Assembly (NCBI GenBank): GCA_018816445.1
Contig: JAHIVO010000061.1
Location: 305-64,304, forward strand
Length of the DNA stretch: 64,000 nucleotides
Reading direction: 5' to 3'
Source: Patescibacteria group bacterium
GTDB lineage: Bacteria; Patescibacteriota; Patescibacteriia; UBA10025; JAHIVO01
Shown here: positions 44,845 through 53,591 of the stretch, one piece after another
Position numbering within the stretch: position 1 is the first letter of the stretch
Layout of the letters: each line of letters starts with the position of its first letter
Notes under the pieces: generated by a model
Seen by the model: only the letters and a program-made list of their open reading frames with translations
Database searches by the model: none
Told to the model about the DNA's origin: nothing
Made by a program: the position numbers and the translations under genes

Positions 44845-46067
44845 AAGATATTTTAGGCAAACAAATAAAAAAAGATTTCCCAATTTTTAAGAACAATCCG
44901 GATTTAATTTTTCTGGATTCTGCGGCCAGCACCCAAAAACCCCAAGTGGTTATTGATGCGATAAAAGACTGTTATGAAAAATATTACGCTAATGTGCATC
45001 GCGGCCTGTATCAATTATCAGCAAAGTCTTCTGAAGCGTATGAAGGTGTACGTGACAAGGTGGTTAAGTTTATTAATGCCAGCAGTATTTCAGAAATTAT
45101 TTTTACCAAAAATACAACTGAAAGCATCAATCTAGTAGCTTATGCCTGGGGCCGGCAGAATATTGATAAGGGCGATGAGATAATTCTCACTGCCATGGAG
45201 CACCACGCCAATATTGTGCCTTGGCAGCAATTAGCCAAGGAAAAGAGTGCTGTTTTAAAATTCATTCCGGTTGATAAGGATTATCGATTAGGTATCAGCG
45301 AATTAAGCAAGCTGTTAACAAAAAAAACGAAGTTAGTTGCAGTAACTCATATGTCTAATGTGCTGGGGACGATAAATCCGGTTAAGGATATTATCAATAA
45401 AGCGAAAAGCTTTAATAAGGATATCAAGGTAATTGTTGACGGGGCGCAGTCTGTGCCACACTTTGCAGTTGATGTGCAGGATTTAAACGCTGATTTTTTT
45501 GCTTTTTCCTCGCATAAAATGGCAGGCCCTGGCGGAGTTGGTGTTTTGTATGCCAAGCAGGAATTATTGGAAAAAATGCCGCCTTTTTTAACCGGCGGCG
45601 ACATGATTACAGAGGTAACATTAAAACAGGCTACCTGGAATGAGCTGCCGTACAAATTTGAAGCAGGTACGCCGGCTATTGCTGAGGTTATTGGTCTGGG
45701 AGCGGCCATTGATTATTTGTATAAAGTAGGTTTGGATAAGGTTTTCCAGCATGAGGAAGAGCTGACTAAAATAGCTCTTAAGAAAGTTAGCGCAATTCCC
45801 GGTGTTGAGATATTCGGCCCTAAACAAGTTAAGGATCGGGGCGGGGCAGTAGCCTTTACAGTTAAGGATGTGCATCCGCATGATGTAGCTTCCATTTTGG
45901 ACAACCAGGGAGTGGCAGTCCGAGCTGGCAACCATTGTACCCAGCCTTTGCATGATAAGTTTGGCATACAGTCTACTGTGCGGGCCAGTTTTTATTTATA
46001 CAATCAGCCAGAGGATATTGATGCATTAGTTAAGGGCATTAATAAAGTAAAGGAGGTTTTTAAATAG
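44841..46067 (+). CDS. sufS: Cysteine desulfurase SufS
   Basis: PLP-binding lysine context SSHKMAGPGG. Class-V aminotransferase fold, group II desulfurase loop. Confidence 0.85.
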   Translation: MKDILGKQIKKDFPIFKNNPDLIFLDSAASTQKPQVVIDAIKDCYEKYYANVHRGLYQLSAKSSEAYEGVRDKVVKFINASSISEIIFTKNTTESINLVAYAWGRQNIDKGDEIILTAMEHHANIVPWQQLAKEKSAVLKFIPVDKDYRLGISELSKLLTKKTKLVAVTHMSNVLGTINPVKDIINKAKSFNKDIKVIVDGAQSVPHFAVDVQDLNADFFAFSSHKMAGPGGVGVLYAKQELLEKMPPFLTGGDMITEVTLKQATWNELPYKFEAGTPAIAEVIGLGAAIDYLYKVGLDKVFQHEEELTKIALKKVSAIPGVEIFGPKQVKDRGGAVAFTVKDVHPHDVASILDNQGVAVRAGNHCTQPLHDKFGIQSTVRASFYLYNQPEDIDALVKGINKVKEVFK

Positions 46068-46069
46068 AA

Positions 46070-46378
46070 ATGCTAGTTTGGATTTTGATTTTTATAATCT
46101 GTGCAATAATCGGCTACGTAGTGGCTAAACTAACCTCAGGGCCAAGCGAAGGGGTAACTGGAAAATGGCCTTCGTTACGTTTTAGTATCGGAGAATATAC
46201 GATTTGGCTGCACCATTGGTTTTACTTGAGTATGGTAATAATAATTTTGATTTTTTTCAGAATTAGCTATGCCTGGCTTTATGGTCTTTTTTTTGGAGCA
46301 ATAATCCAAGGATTGGGATATAAAGATTTTTATTATTTATTTTTTAAAACTAAAAATTATCCATACAAAAAAATATGA
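46070..46378 (+). CDS. Hypothetical small membrane protein
   Basis: 102 aa, three TM helices. Confidence 0.35.
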   Translation: MLVWILIFIICAIIGYVVAKLTSGPSEGVTGKWPSLRFSIGEYTIWLHHWFYLSMVIIILIFFRISYAWLYGLFFGAIIQGLGYKDFYYLFFKTKNYPYKKI

Positions 46379-46755
46379 GTTTAGATATGTATAGGGAAAT
46401 TATCCTTGACCATTACAAAAATCCCAGGAATTTTGGGGAGCTTAAAAAGCCAGATAAAAAAGCAGGCAAGAGCAACGCTGTCTGCGGCGATCATATTGAT
46501 ATTGCTTTGAAACTTGATAAGAGAGGTAAGATTGTTGATATCAAGTTTTCAGGTGCAGGTTGCAGTGTTTCCCGCGCTGGAGGCTCAATATTAACAGAGA
46601 TTGTAAAAGGGAGAACCGTTAATACAATAAAGAAATATACAGATAAGCAATTTATGGCTGACATGGACGTCCCGATAACGCCAGCCAGGAAAAGGTGTGC
46701 TTTGTTAGCTTTGGAAACATTACGCCAGGCTTTAGATATTCCCAAAAAAAAGTAA
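46375..46755 (+). CDS. sufU: SufU/IscU-like Fe-S scaffold (NifU N-terminal domain family)
   Basis: AVCGDHIDIAL, GAGCSVSRAG and a C-terminal Cys. Confidence 0.7.
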   Translation: MSLDMYREIILDHYKNPRNFGELKKPDKKAGKSNAVCGDHIDIALKLDKRGKIVDIKFSGAGCSVSRAGGSILTEIVKGRTVNTIKKYTDKQFMADMDVPITPARKRCALLALETLRQALDIPKKK

Positions 46756-46875
46756 TCCCGTTAGAAATCAATTAAAAAATAAAAACATTGCGATGATTAT
46801 AAATTTCTAACGGGATAAAATGCACGTTTTGCATTTATCAAAATATAAGCTTATACTAGATAAGCAAGATTTTTA

Positions 46876-47502
46876 ATGTTCAAATTTATGAAAAAACAGT
46901 ATCAAACTCCAGAACTTCCCTATAAGTATGATGCTCTTGAGCCTTATATTGATAAGGAAACAATGGCCATTCACCATGATAAACACCACGAAGCTTATAC
47001 AAAAAAACTAAACTCCACTTTAGAAAATAACCCAAAAATGTTTGACAAAACACCAGTAGAGTTATTAATGGACTTAAGCGCTATTCCAGAGTCTATACGC
47101 ACAGCAGTTAGAAATAACGGTGGCGGCCATGTTAACCATAATCTTTTTTGGGAAGTTATGGGTTCAGAAGCAGGCGGCCAGCCGCAAAGCGATTTACTGG
47201 CAGCTATTAAAAAGAATTTTGGCAGTTTTGAAGAATTCCAAGAGGAATTTGAACAGGCTGCTACCACTCAGTTTGGTTCAGGTTGGGCCTGGCTGACTCT
47301 AAGTGGCGGCAAGTTAATGGTAGAAAAAACTGCTAACCAGGATACGCCTTTATCAGAGGGTCGTACTCCATTGCTGGCGCTTGATGTATGGGAGCATGCT
47401 TATTACCTGAAATACCAGAACAAGCGCCCTGATTATATCAAAGCCTTTTGGCAGGTAGTGAATTGGGACGCAGTTAATGAAAAGTATCAGCAAGCTAAAT
47501 AA
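46876..47502 (+). CDS. sodA: Fe/Mn superoxide dismutase
   Basis: [21 protein letters not shown]. Confidence 0.9.
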   Translation: MFKFMKKQYQTPELPYKYDALEPYIDKETMAIHHDKHHEAYTKKLNSTLENNPKMFDKTPVELLMDLSAIPESIRTAVRNNGGGHVNHNLFWEVMGSEAGGQPQSDLLAAIKKNFGSFEEFQEEFEQAATTQFGSGWAWLTLSGGKLMVEKTANQDTPLSEGRTPLLALDVWEHAYYLKYQNKRPDYIKAFWQVVNWDAVNEKYQQAK

Positions 47503-47529
47503 TTTTAAAATTAAATTTGGAACAAGTTT

Positions 47530-48024
47530 ATGATTAATAAAAAGATTGAATCCGCAATTAATGGCCAAATACAGGCTGAACTGTATTCATCTTATCTGTA
47601 TTTAGCCATGTCAGCCTATTGCCAGTCCCTGAATTTCAAGGGATTTGCGCATTGGTTAAAAATGCAGGCCGAGGAAGAGGTTGAGCATGCTCTGAAGTTT
47701 TATAACTTTCTGCTGGATAGAGGCGGCACAGTAGAACTATTAGCCATTCAAAAGCCACCAGTGTCGTTCGTGACGCCAGCCAAGGCATTTTCCCAGGCTT
47801 ATGGACATGAACAGAAAGTAACTGGTCTGATTAATAAGCTCTATGAATTAGCAAGACAGGAAAAAGACTATGCTTTTGAGCAGTTACTGCACTGGTTTAT
47901 TGACGAGCAGGTGGAAGAGGAAGCGCAAACCCAGGAAATTTCTGAAATATTAGCCAAGCTAGGCGGCAAGGGCAATGGGATATGGATGCTGGACCACCGC
48001 CTGGGCAAACGTAAGGGAGAATAG
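47530..48024 (+). CDS. ftn: Non-heme ferritin
   Basis: Ferroxidase-centre residues (E..EEE.H pattern). 164 aa. Confidence 0.75.
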   Translation: MINKKIESAINGQIQAELYSSYLYLAMSAYCQSLNFKGFAHWLKMQAEEEVEHALKFYNFLLDRGGTVELLAIQKPPVSFVTPAKAFSQAYGHEQKVTGLINKLYELARQEKDYAFEQLLHWFIDEQVEEEAQTQEISEILAKLGGKGNGIWMLDHRLGKRKGE

Positions 48025-48106
48025 TATTCATATGATTTAAAAATATAAGCAGTATGTGCTATAATTAGCAGGTACTGTTTTTATCATTAATAATAAAACA
48101 TAAAGT

Positions 48107-48316
48107 ATGAAAATAAAAATTCTACGAGATAAATGCATTTCTGCCGGCACTTGCGTGGCTATTGCGCCGGATGTTTTTGAATTGGATGACGAGGGTAAGG
48201 TAACCCTAAAAAATGAAAAAGGGGCGGACGAACAAACAATTATTGATGCTGCCAAGTCATGCCCAACCCAGGCCATTGAAATTTATGATGACGAGGATAA
48301 GAGACTATTTCCATAA
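48107..48316 (+). CDS. Single-cluster [4Fe-4S]/[3Fe-4S] ferredoxin
   Basis: DKCISAGTC...SCP pattern, 69 aa. Confidence 0.65.
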   Translation: MKIKILRDKCISAGTCVAIAPDVFELDDEGKVTLKNEKGADEQTIIDAAKSCPTQAIEIYDDEDKRLFP

Positions 48317-48322
48317 AAAATT

Positions 48323-49033
48323 ATGGATAACAAAGAAAATTATAAGTCAGCTTCCACAACAAAATCTAAAAAGAAAAAGAAATGGCCATGGATTGTGGGT
48401 GCAGTTTTGTTAATATTTATTATCCTGATTTTTTATTTCTACTCGCTAGTTGTAAATAACCTGGAAAATTTAAATGCCGGTATTGATGGTGAAGGCACTT
48501 TTACCAGGATTACCACCACTGACGATCCTTATCTTGGCAATCCGGATGCGGATATTGTTATTGTTGAATTTTCTGATTTCCAATGCCCTTACTGTTTCCA
48601 GACATTTCCCATTATGCATGATGTTGTAGATAAGTATGCTGATGAAATTAAATATATTTATAGAGATTTTCCATTATCTGATATTCACCCCCAAGCGCAA
48701 ATGGCTGCTGAAGCCGGAGAATGTGCCCAGGACCAGGGTAAGTTTTGGGCCATGCATGACAAGATGTTTATTAACAGGGATGACCTGTCGTTAGCTTCTT
48801 TAAAAAACTATGCTACAGAGATTGGATTAAATATTGCTGAATTTGTTGTATGTTTAGAAGGAAACAAATATAAGGAAGAGGTGGAAGAGGACTATTTTGA
48901 TGGGCTGATAGCCGGCGTAGATGGCACTCCTACTTTTTATGTAAATGACCATAAATTTGAGGGCGTGCCGACTTATGAGAATTTCCAGGAGCTTATTGAG
49001 GAATTAATTACAATATACGAAGCAGAACAATAA
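48323..49033 (+). CDS. DsbA-like thioredoxin-fold protein (CPYC)
   Basis: Signal anchor and FSDFQCPYC. Confidence 0.7.
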   Translation: MDNKENYKSASTTKSKKKKKWPWIVGAVLLIFIILIFYFYSLVVNNLENLNAGIDGEGTFTRITTTDDPYLGNPDADIVIVEFSDFQCPYCFQTFPIMHDVVDKYADEIKYIYRDFPLSDIHPQAQMAAEAGECAQDQGKFWAMHDKMFINRDDLSLASLKNYATEIGLNIAEFVVCLEGNKYKEEVEEDYFDGLIAGVDGTPTFYVNDHKFEGVPTYENFQELIEELITIYEAEQ

Positions 49034-49112
49034 TTATTTAATCTTGACATAACAATGTGTTTTGTTATGATGTAATATAAGTATTAATTAATAATTAACT
49101 AGGAGTAATAAT

Positions 49113-49871
49113 ATGTCTGAACATGATCAGGAGAATAAAGAAAATGTAGTGTATAAAACTCCCCCAAAAATTGCTTTTATATTAGGCATTTTAGTTGGAG
49201 TTTCCGTAGCTTCGTTAACCGCCTTTGGATTGACCTACTCTCTTCTAAGGGCAGAGACTGGTGATGGGACAACCAATACTAACGCAAAAGTAGCTGGAGT
49301 GGAAGCTAATACGAATACTGCCGTTGTCAATACAGCACCTACAGTACCAACTAAGGTTGATATTGAGGTTAAAGATGGGGAATATGTTAGAGGTGATGCA
49401 AATGCAGCAGTAACTCTGATTCAGTATTCCGATTTTGAGTGCTCATACTGCGGCCGCGTACAACCAACTTTGGATCAATTGTTAGAAGATTATGACGGCC
49501 AAATTAATCTTGTCTACCGCCATTTTCCGTTGAGCTTTCACACTACCGCCCAAAAAGCTGCGGAAGCATCAGAGTGCGCCGGAGAACAGGGTAAATTTTG
49601 GGAGATGCACGATATGATGTTTGCCAACCAAACGGCTCTTAGTGTAGACAACTTAAAGAGTTATGCAAAAGATTTGGGTTTAAGCACATCCCAATTTGAT
49701 AGTTGTCTAGATGATGGAAAATTTGCTCAAAAGGTAGAAGATGATTTTAATGAGGGCGCTGCTTATGGCGTACAAGGCACACCTGCCACTTTTGTAAATG
49801 GTACCATGGTATCTGGTGCACAGCCATATGAGAATTTTCAGTCTGCAGTGGAGAATGCATTAAACGAGTAG
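49113..49871 (+). CDS. DsbA-like thioredoxin-fold protein (CSYC), paralog
   Basis: Signal anchor and SDFECSYCGR. Confidence 0.7.
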   Translation: MSEHDQENKENVVYKTPPKIAFILGILVGVSVASLTAFGLTYSLLRAETGDGTTNTNAKVAGVEANTNTAVVNTAPTVPTKVDIEVKDGEYVRGDANAAVTLIQYSDFECSYCGRVQPTLDQLLEDYDGQINLVYRHFPLSFHTTAQKAAEASECAGEQGKFWEMHDMMFANQTALSVDNLKSYAKDLGLSTSQFDSCLDDGKFAQKVEDDFNEGAAYGVQGTPATFVNGTMVSGAQPYENFQSAVENALNE

Positions 49872-49899
49872 ATTACATTTCGTGCCAATATAATAGGAG

Positions 49900-50706
49900 A
49901 TGAATATTCTTCATTCAGCTTATCCAAATTATGTTGCTTTTTCACTATTTGGCCTGGATATCCGCTGGTATGGAATAATTCTGGCCTTGGCCATACTTAT
50001 AGGTTTTATACTCATTTTAAAAATAGCCAAAGAAAAGCAGGTTGATACGAACCATTTCTACAACCTGTTTTTCTTATTTGTTTTTTTTGGCTTAGTTGGC
50101 GGCCGGCTTGGTCATGTAATTGCTGAATGGAGTTATTATTGTACTAACCTTTTGCAGATACCTAAAATATGGGAAGGAGGATTAGCAATACATGGGGTTA
50201 TAATTGGCAGTATTATCACGCTATTTTTATACAGCAGATACAAGAAAATATCATTTTGGCTGATATCAGATATAATTATTGTTATCTTACCTCTGATGCA
50301 GGCTATTGGCCGCTGGGGGAATTATTTTAATCAGGAGATATTTGGTACGCCTAGTAATTCAGCCTGGAGCATTCCTATTGCTCAAATCAACAGACCAGCT
50401 GGATTTGAAAGTTATGAGTTTTTTCATCCGTTATTTTTATATGAGTCAGGTTTGATGCTTTTAGTATTTTTAATAATGGTGTTATTATTCAGATCTGAAA
50501 AATTAAAAACAGGGCAGTTAACTCTGGTATATTTTATCTTATTTTCTGTAGTTAGATTTTGTCTTGAATTTCTGCGTATTGAGGCGCCAGTAGTTTGGTG
50601 GTTGAATCTTGGCCAGTGGGTAAGTCTGTTATTTTTTGTAATGCCGCTGATTATTTTGTTACGGAAGTCGGGTCAGATCAGAAAGGGTAAAGTGCCAGTA
50701 CAATAA
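49900..50706 (+). CDS. lgt: Prolipoprotein diacylglyceryl transferase Lgt
   Basis: Lgt signature GRWGNYFNQEIFG. Confidence 0.8.
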   Translation: MNILHSAYPNYVAFSLFGLDIRWYGIILALAILIGFILILKIAKEKQVDTNHFYNLFFLFVFFGLVGGRLGHVIAEWSYYCTNLLQIPKIWEGGLAIHGVIIGSIITLFLYSRYKKISFWLISDIIIVILPLMQAIGRWGNYFNQEIFGTPSNSAWSIPIAQINRPAGFESYEFFHPLFLYESGLMLLVFLIMVLLFRSEKLKTGQLTLVYFILFSVVRFCLEFLRIEAPVVWWLNLGQWVSLLFFVMPLIILLRKSGQIRKGKVPVQ

Positions 50707-51205
50707 ATAATCCTAAATATAAAATTTGAATGGCTACTCCCAAACCACTGGGGGTAATTTTTTTATTGACTAGGCTATCAATATAATTATGAATTTTTCG
50801 GTGGTGGTTGAGTATCCTTTCCAGCTGTGACTTAACCATAGGATAACGAAAAACCCTAAATTGTTCAAAGTATCTTTTATACAGTTCATAGATAACCCAA
50901 AGCACGTCCGGCAGCATGCCGCCGATTATGGCAGCCGCGAATATCGGGGCGGAGGGGAAGGCCATTTTCTGCGATAAAGTGAAAAAGAAAATGGTAATTA
51001 AGATTATGTCAGTAAAGAATACCGTAATGGCGCGTTTGAAATATGATCCACGCTTAATCCATTCGTCTATCGGCTTATCGCCATGAGGCACAAGATCAAG
51101 CAGGTAATGTGATAATAAGGAAATAAAAAAAGCCCACCAGGGACTGGGAGTATGCTGACTTATTACTACACTAGCTAAAACGTGCGTAGTAGCAAACATA
51201 CATAC
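50678..51205 (-). CDS. DUF457-like membrane-bound metal-dependent hydrolase
   Basis: HVLASVV...HYLLDLVPHGD motifs. Start set at the internal Met. The longer track ORF runs into the GC-rich tRNA-flanking segment. Confidence 0.45.
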   Translation of the reverse strand, partial: VCMFATTHVLASVVISQHTPSPWWAFFISLLSHYLLDLVPHGDKPIDEWIKRGSYFKRAITVFFTDIILITIFFFTLSQKMAFPSAPIFAAAIIGGMLPDVLWVIYELYKRYFEQFRVFRYPMVKSQLERILNHHRKIHNYIDSLVNKKITPSGLGVAIQILYLGLFIVLALYPF

Positions 51206-51240
51206 ATTATTGTTAATGATTTTATATTTGTCAACTAAAG

Positions 51241-51258
51241 TAGCAGGGGGGGGATTCT
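51241..51258. repeat. 18-bp duplicate of the tRNA-Met 3' end (GTAGCAGGGGGGGGATTC)
   Basis: Identical to 51450-51467 inside tRNA-Met. About 190 bp of GC-rich, hairpin-rich sequence lies between the copies. Confidence 0.6.
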
Positions 51259-51446
51259 CGTCCTGGGCAGCGGTAATAGAATCACTTTTCCCGGGGTGCC
51301 ACGGCGGTTCCCGCACCGTGCCACCCGCGTTCGCGGCCTCGACTGAAACTATTCAGTCGCTCTTCTCCGCTCACGCCCCGTTCGAATCCATTTATTTTAA
51401 TATACTCGTGTTGTTTTAATCTGTTTTGGATTTAAAAATTGGCTTA

Positions 51447-51523
51447 TGGTAGCAGGGGGGGGATTCGAACCCCCGGCCTAAGGCTTATGAGTCCTTCGCT
51501 CTAACCAACTGAGCTACCCTGCC
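51447..51523 (-). tRNA. Elongator tRNA-Met or tRNA-Ile2 (anticodon CAT), CCA encoded
   Basis: Folded by hand: acceptor GGCAGGG/CCCTGCT (G1-U72), D-arm GCTC-AGTTGGTTA-GAGC, anticodon loop CTCATAA, T-arm GGGGG-TTCGAAT-CCCCC. Confidence 0.75.
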
Positions 51524-51529
51524 GCGTCA

Positions 51530-51589
51530 GAATCGTACTTCGCCTTCCGTTTCCAGTAATGGCTGAAAACTACAGGCTTCGTACGATTC
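51530..51589 (-). promoter_or_regulatory. Conserved ~60-nt structured leader upstream of tRNA-CAT (copy 1)
   Basis: About 85% identical to 52135-52194. Terminal 9-bp inverted repeat GAATCGTAC...GTACGATTC. Confidence 0.4.
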
Positions 51590-51684
51590 TTCTTTGCCTC
51601 GCTCAAACTACTATTTGAGCTCGGTTTTTATTTTAATAGTTGACTTACCAGCCAAAACTTCCAAGGGAAACGAAGGTTGGTTAT

Positions 51685-51927
51685 TTAAATTAATCTTTTA
51701 TTCATAAAAGCTATACCAGATCCTGACTTTAAATACCTTTCAAAGGTTAATGCTTTCTGTTTGGTAGTAAAAACGCAATAAAAGATTAATTTCCAAGGTT
51801 TATATTTTGCAGAATAAGTAGTACTTTTTGAGTTATGTTTTTTAAGGCGCTGCTGTAGATTAGTGGTATATCCTTTATATATCATTTTTGGATATTTTAT
51901 ACTCCTTAATATATAAACTATATGCAT
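51685..51927 (-). CDS. GIY-YIG nuclease family protein
   Basis: MHIVYILRS...IYKGYTTNLQQRLKKHN. Confidence 0.55.
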   Translation of the reverse strand: MHIVYILRSIKYPKMIYKGYTTNLQQRLKKHNSKSTTYSAKYKPWKLIFYCVFTTKQKALTFERYLKSGSGIAFMNKRLI

Positions 51928-52052
51928 ATTATTTCTTGATGCCCACCTTCGCTAAAGCTTCGGTGGACAACCTTCTCTGAATGGTGAAATACTTAGTTGG
52001 TAATTTATATATGGTTGGCGTGCCAACCGAAGCTTCCGAAGGAAGCGGAGGT

Positions 52053-52127
52053 TGGTTGCCGGGGGGGGATTCGAACCCCCGACCTCGGGATTATGAGCCC
52101 CGCGAGCTGCCACTGCTCTACCCGGCG
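52053..52127 (-). tRNA. Initiator tRNA-fMet (CAT), CCA encoded
   Basis: C1xA72 mismatch, three consecutive G-C pairs in the anticodon stem (CGGGG/TCCCG), anticodon loop CTCATAA, T-arm GGGGG-TTCGAAT-CCCCC. Confidence 0.75.
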
Positions 52128-52134
52128 GCGTTAG

Positions 52135-52194
52135 GAATCGCACTCCGCCTTCCGTTTCCAGTAGTGGCTGAAAACTGCAGGCTGCGTGCGTTTC
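52135..52194 (-). promoter_or_regulatory. Conserved ~60-nt structured leader upstream of tRNA-CAT (copy 2)
   Basis: GAATCGCACTCCGCCTTCCGTTTCCAGTAGTGGCTGAAAACTGCAGGCTGCGTGCGTTTC. Confidence 0.4.
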
Positions 52195-52387
52195 CTCCTT
52201 TCCTCGCAAATATCTCTTAACTTTTAGCTTGGATTTTTTTATTTAGTTAAAATCAAAGTATCTCTAGTATTATAAGTTATTAAAGATAAAATAGCAAGGT
52301 TTAGGTATTTATTGGTGCCGGGAGAGACCCCGTATAATTTCTCACTACGTTCAAAATATACGGGGCAGGGAGTCTCACTAATTCACA

Positions 52388-52569
52388 TGCCGAAGGTGGG
52401 AGTCGAACCCACACGAGGTTGCCCTCATGCGATTTTGAGTCGCACGCGCCCGCCTGCCTCTGCCGAGAGGGAGAGTCGAACTCCCATGAGGTTGCCCCCG
52501 CAGGATTTTGAGTCCTGTGCGTCTACCAGTTCCGCCATCTCGGCAAAGGCAGGCGGGCGCCACTTCGGC
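52388..52569 (-). tRNA. Outer tRNA-Leu (CAA)-like gene with the D-arm replaced by a 13-bp clamp helix that carries the inner tRNA-Leu
   Basis: Acceptor GCCGAAG (rc 52563-69)/CTTCGGC (rc 52389-95). Clamp GCGCCCGCCTGCC/GGCAGGCGGGCGC. Anticodon stem TGCGA/TCGCA with loop CTCAAAA, T-arm GTGGG-TTCGACT-CCCAC. Confidence 0.4.
52461..52544 (-). tRNA. tRNA-Leu (CAA), inner gene of a nested pair
   Basis: Acceptor GCCGAGA/TCTCGGC, D-arm GCGGAACTGGTAGACGC, anticodon stem CAGGA/TCCTG with loop CTCAAAA, 15-nt variable arm, T-arm GGGAG-TTCGACT-CTCCC. 84 nt. Confidence 0.75.
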
Positions 52570-52813
52570 TTATTAACTATTTCGCTAATTACGTCTACCA
52601 ATGGAGTTTATCCCGTACTTGGAGTGGTAGCGACATAGTACGGGACCATCCCGGCATGTAGTTATTTGAATGAATCAGCCATTAAAATATATTAGGCCCC
52701 TCGCTTGCGCTCGGGGTGAGTTTGTTGAGTTGATCAACAAACTCAATTCTAAATAAAAACGCTGTTTTTGTCAATGAATATTTGCTATAATATACGTATC
52801 AATTTACCAATAT

Positions 52814-53581
52814 ATGCCAAGAATTATTTCAATTGTTAATCAGAAAGGCGGAGTAGGCAAAACCACCACGGCGGTTAACTTAGCCGCTTATTTAGCAAAT
52901 ATGGGTAAGTTTGTGTTACTTGTAGACCTGGATCCGCAGGGCAATGCTTCATCAGGCATTGGCATTGATTACCGTTCAATAGCCAAAGGGATTTATGATC
53001 CCTTAGTATCTGAAACTTCAATAAAAGATATAATAGTTCCGTCCAAAGTTGACGGCTTAAGTGTAGCTCCAGCTACGGCAGATTTAGCCGGAGCCCGGAT
53101 TGACCTGGTTGACCTGGAACTAAGGGAATTCCGGTTGCATAATAATGTACTAGAAGTACGCAATGATTATGAATATATAATTATTGATTGTCCTCCTTCA
53201 TTGTGTTTATTAACAGTTAATGGTTTAGTAGCTTCTGAAGAGGTTCTAATACCAGTACAAACTGAATATTACGCCATGGAAGGGCTTAGCCAGCTGATGA
53301 ATACGATAAGTTTAGTCAAAGACAGCCTCAAACCCGAATTGAAAATTTTAGGCGCTTTAATGACGATGTATGACACTAAGAGTAAATTATCAGGCGATGT
53401 CTTCAATGAATTATATAAATTTTTTCCTGATAAAATTTTCAGAACGGTAATTCCCCGTAATGTCAAGCTGGCAGAAGCACCCAGTTTTGGTAAGAGTATT
53501 CTGCATTATGATAAGCATTCGTCAGGCAGTAGGGCTTATAAACGATTGGCTCAGGAAGTTGTGGCTCAAGAAAATTCTTAA
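52814..53581 (+). CDS. parA: Chromosome partitioning ATPase ParA
   Basis: KGGVGKTT deviant Walker A. Confidence 0.85.
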   Translation: MPRIISIVNQKGGVGKTTTAVNLAAYLANMGKFVLLVDLDPQGNASSGIGIDYRSIAKGIYDPLVSETSIKDIIVPSKVDGLSVAPATADLAGARIDLVDLELREFRLHNNVLEVRNDYEYIIIDCPPSLCLLTVNGLVASEEVLIPVQTEYYAMEGLSQLMNTISLVKDSLKPELKILGALMTMYDTKSKLSGDVFNELYKFFPDKIFRTVIPRNVKLAEAPSFGKSILHYDKHSSGSRAYKRLAQEVVAQENS

Positions 53582-53591
53582 TATAAAAATA

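Noticed and set aside
50678-51316. Full-length 212-aa version of the DUF457-like ORF
   Set aside because: The N-terminal 37 codons run through the GC-rich tRNA-flanking segment and have no family similarity. The internal Met (51205) is the likelier start.
51952-52638. Track ORFs 51952-52209(-), 51981-52220(+), 52312-52638(+) and 52378-52563(-)
   Set aside because: They lie entirely over tRNA-fMet, the nested tRNA-Leu genes and their GC-rich hairpins. Their Pro/Gly/Arg-rich translations are typical of spurious ORFs over structured RNA.
52717-52743. Inverted repeat GAGTTTGTTGA-GTTGA-TCAACAAACTC upstream of parA, as a parS site
   Set aside because: It does not match the TGTTNCACGTGAAACA parS consensus. 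It may be a terminator or operator, but there is no basis for a specific call.
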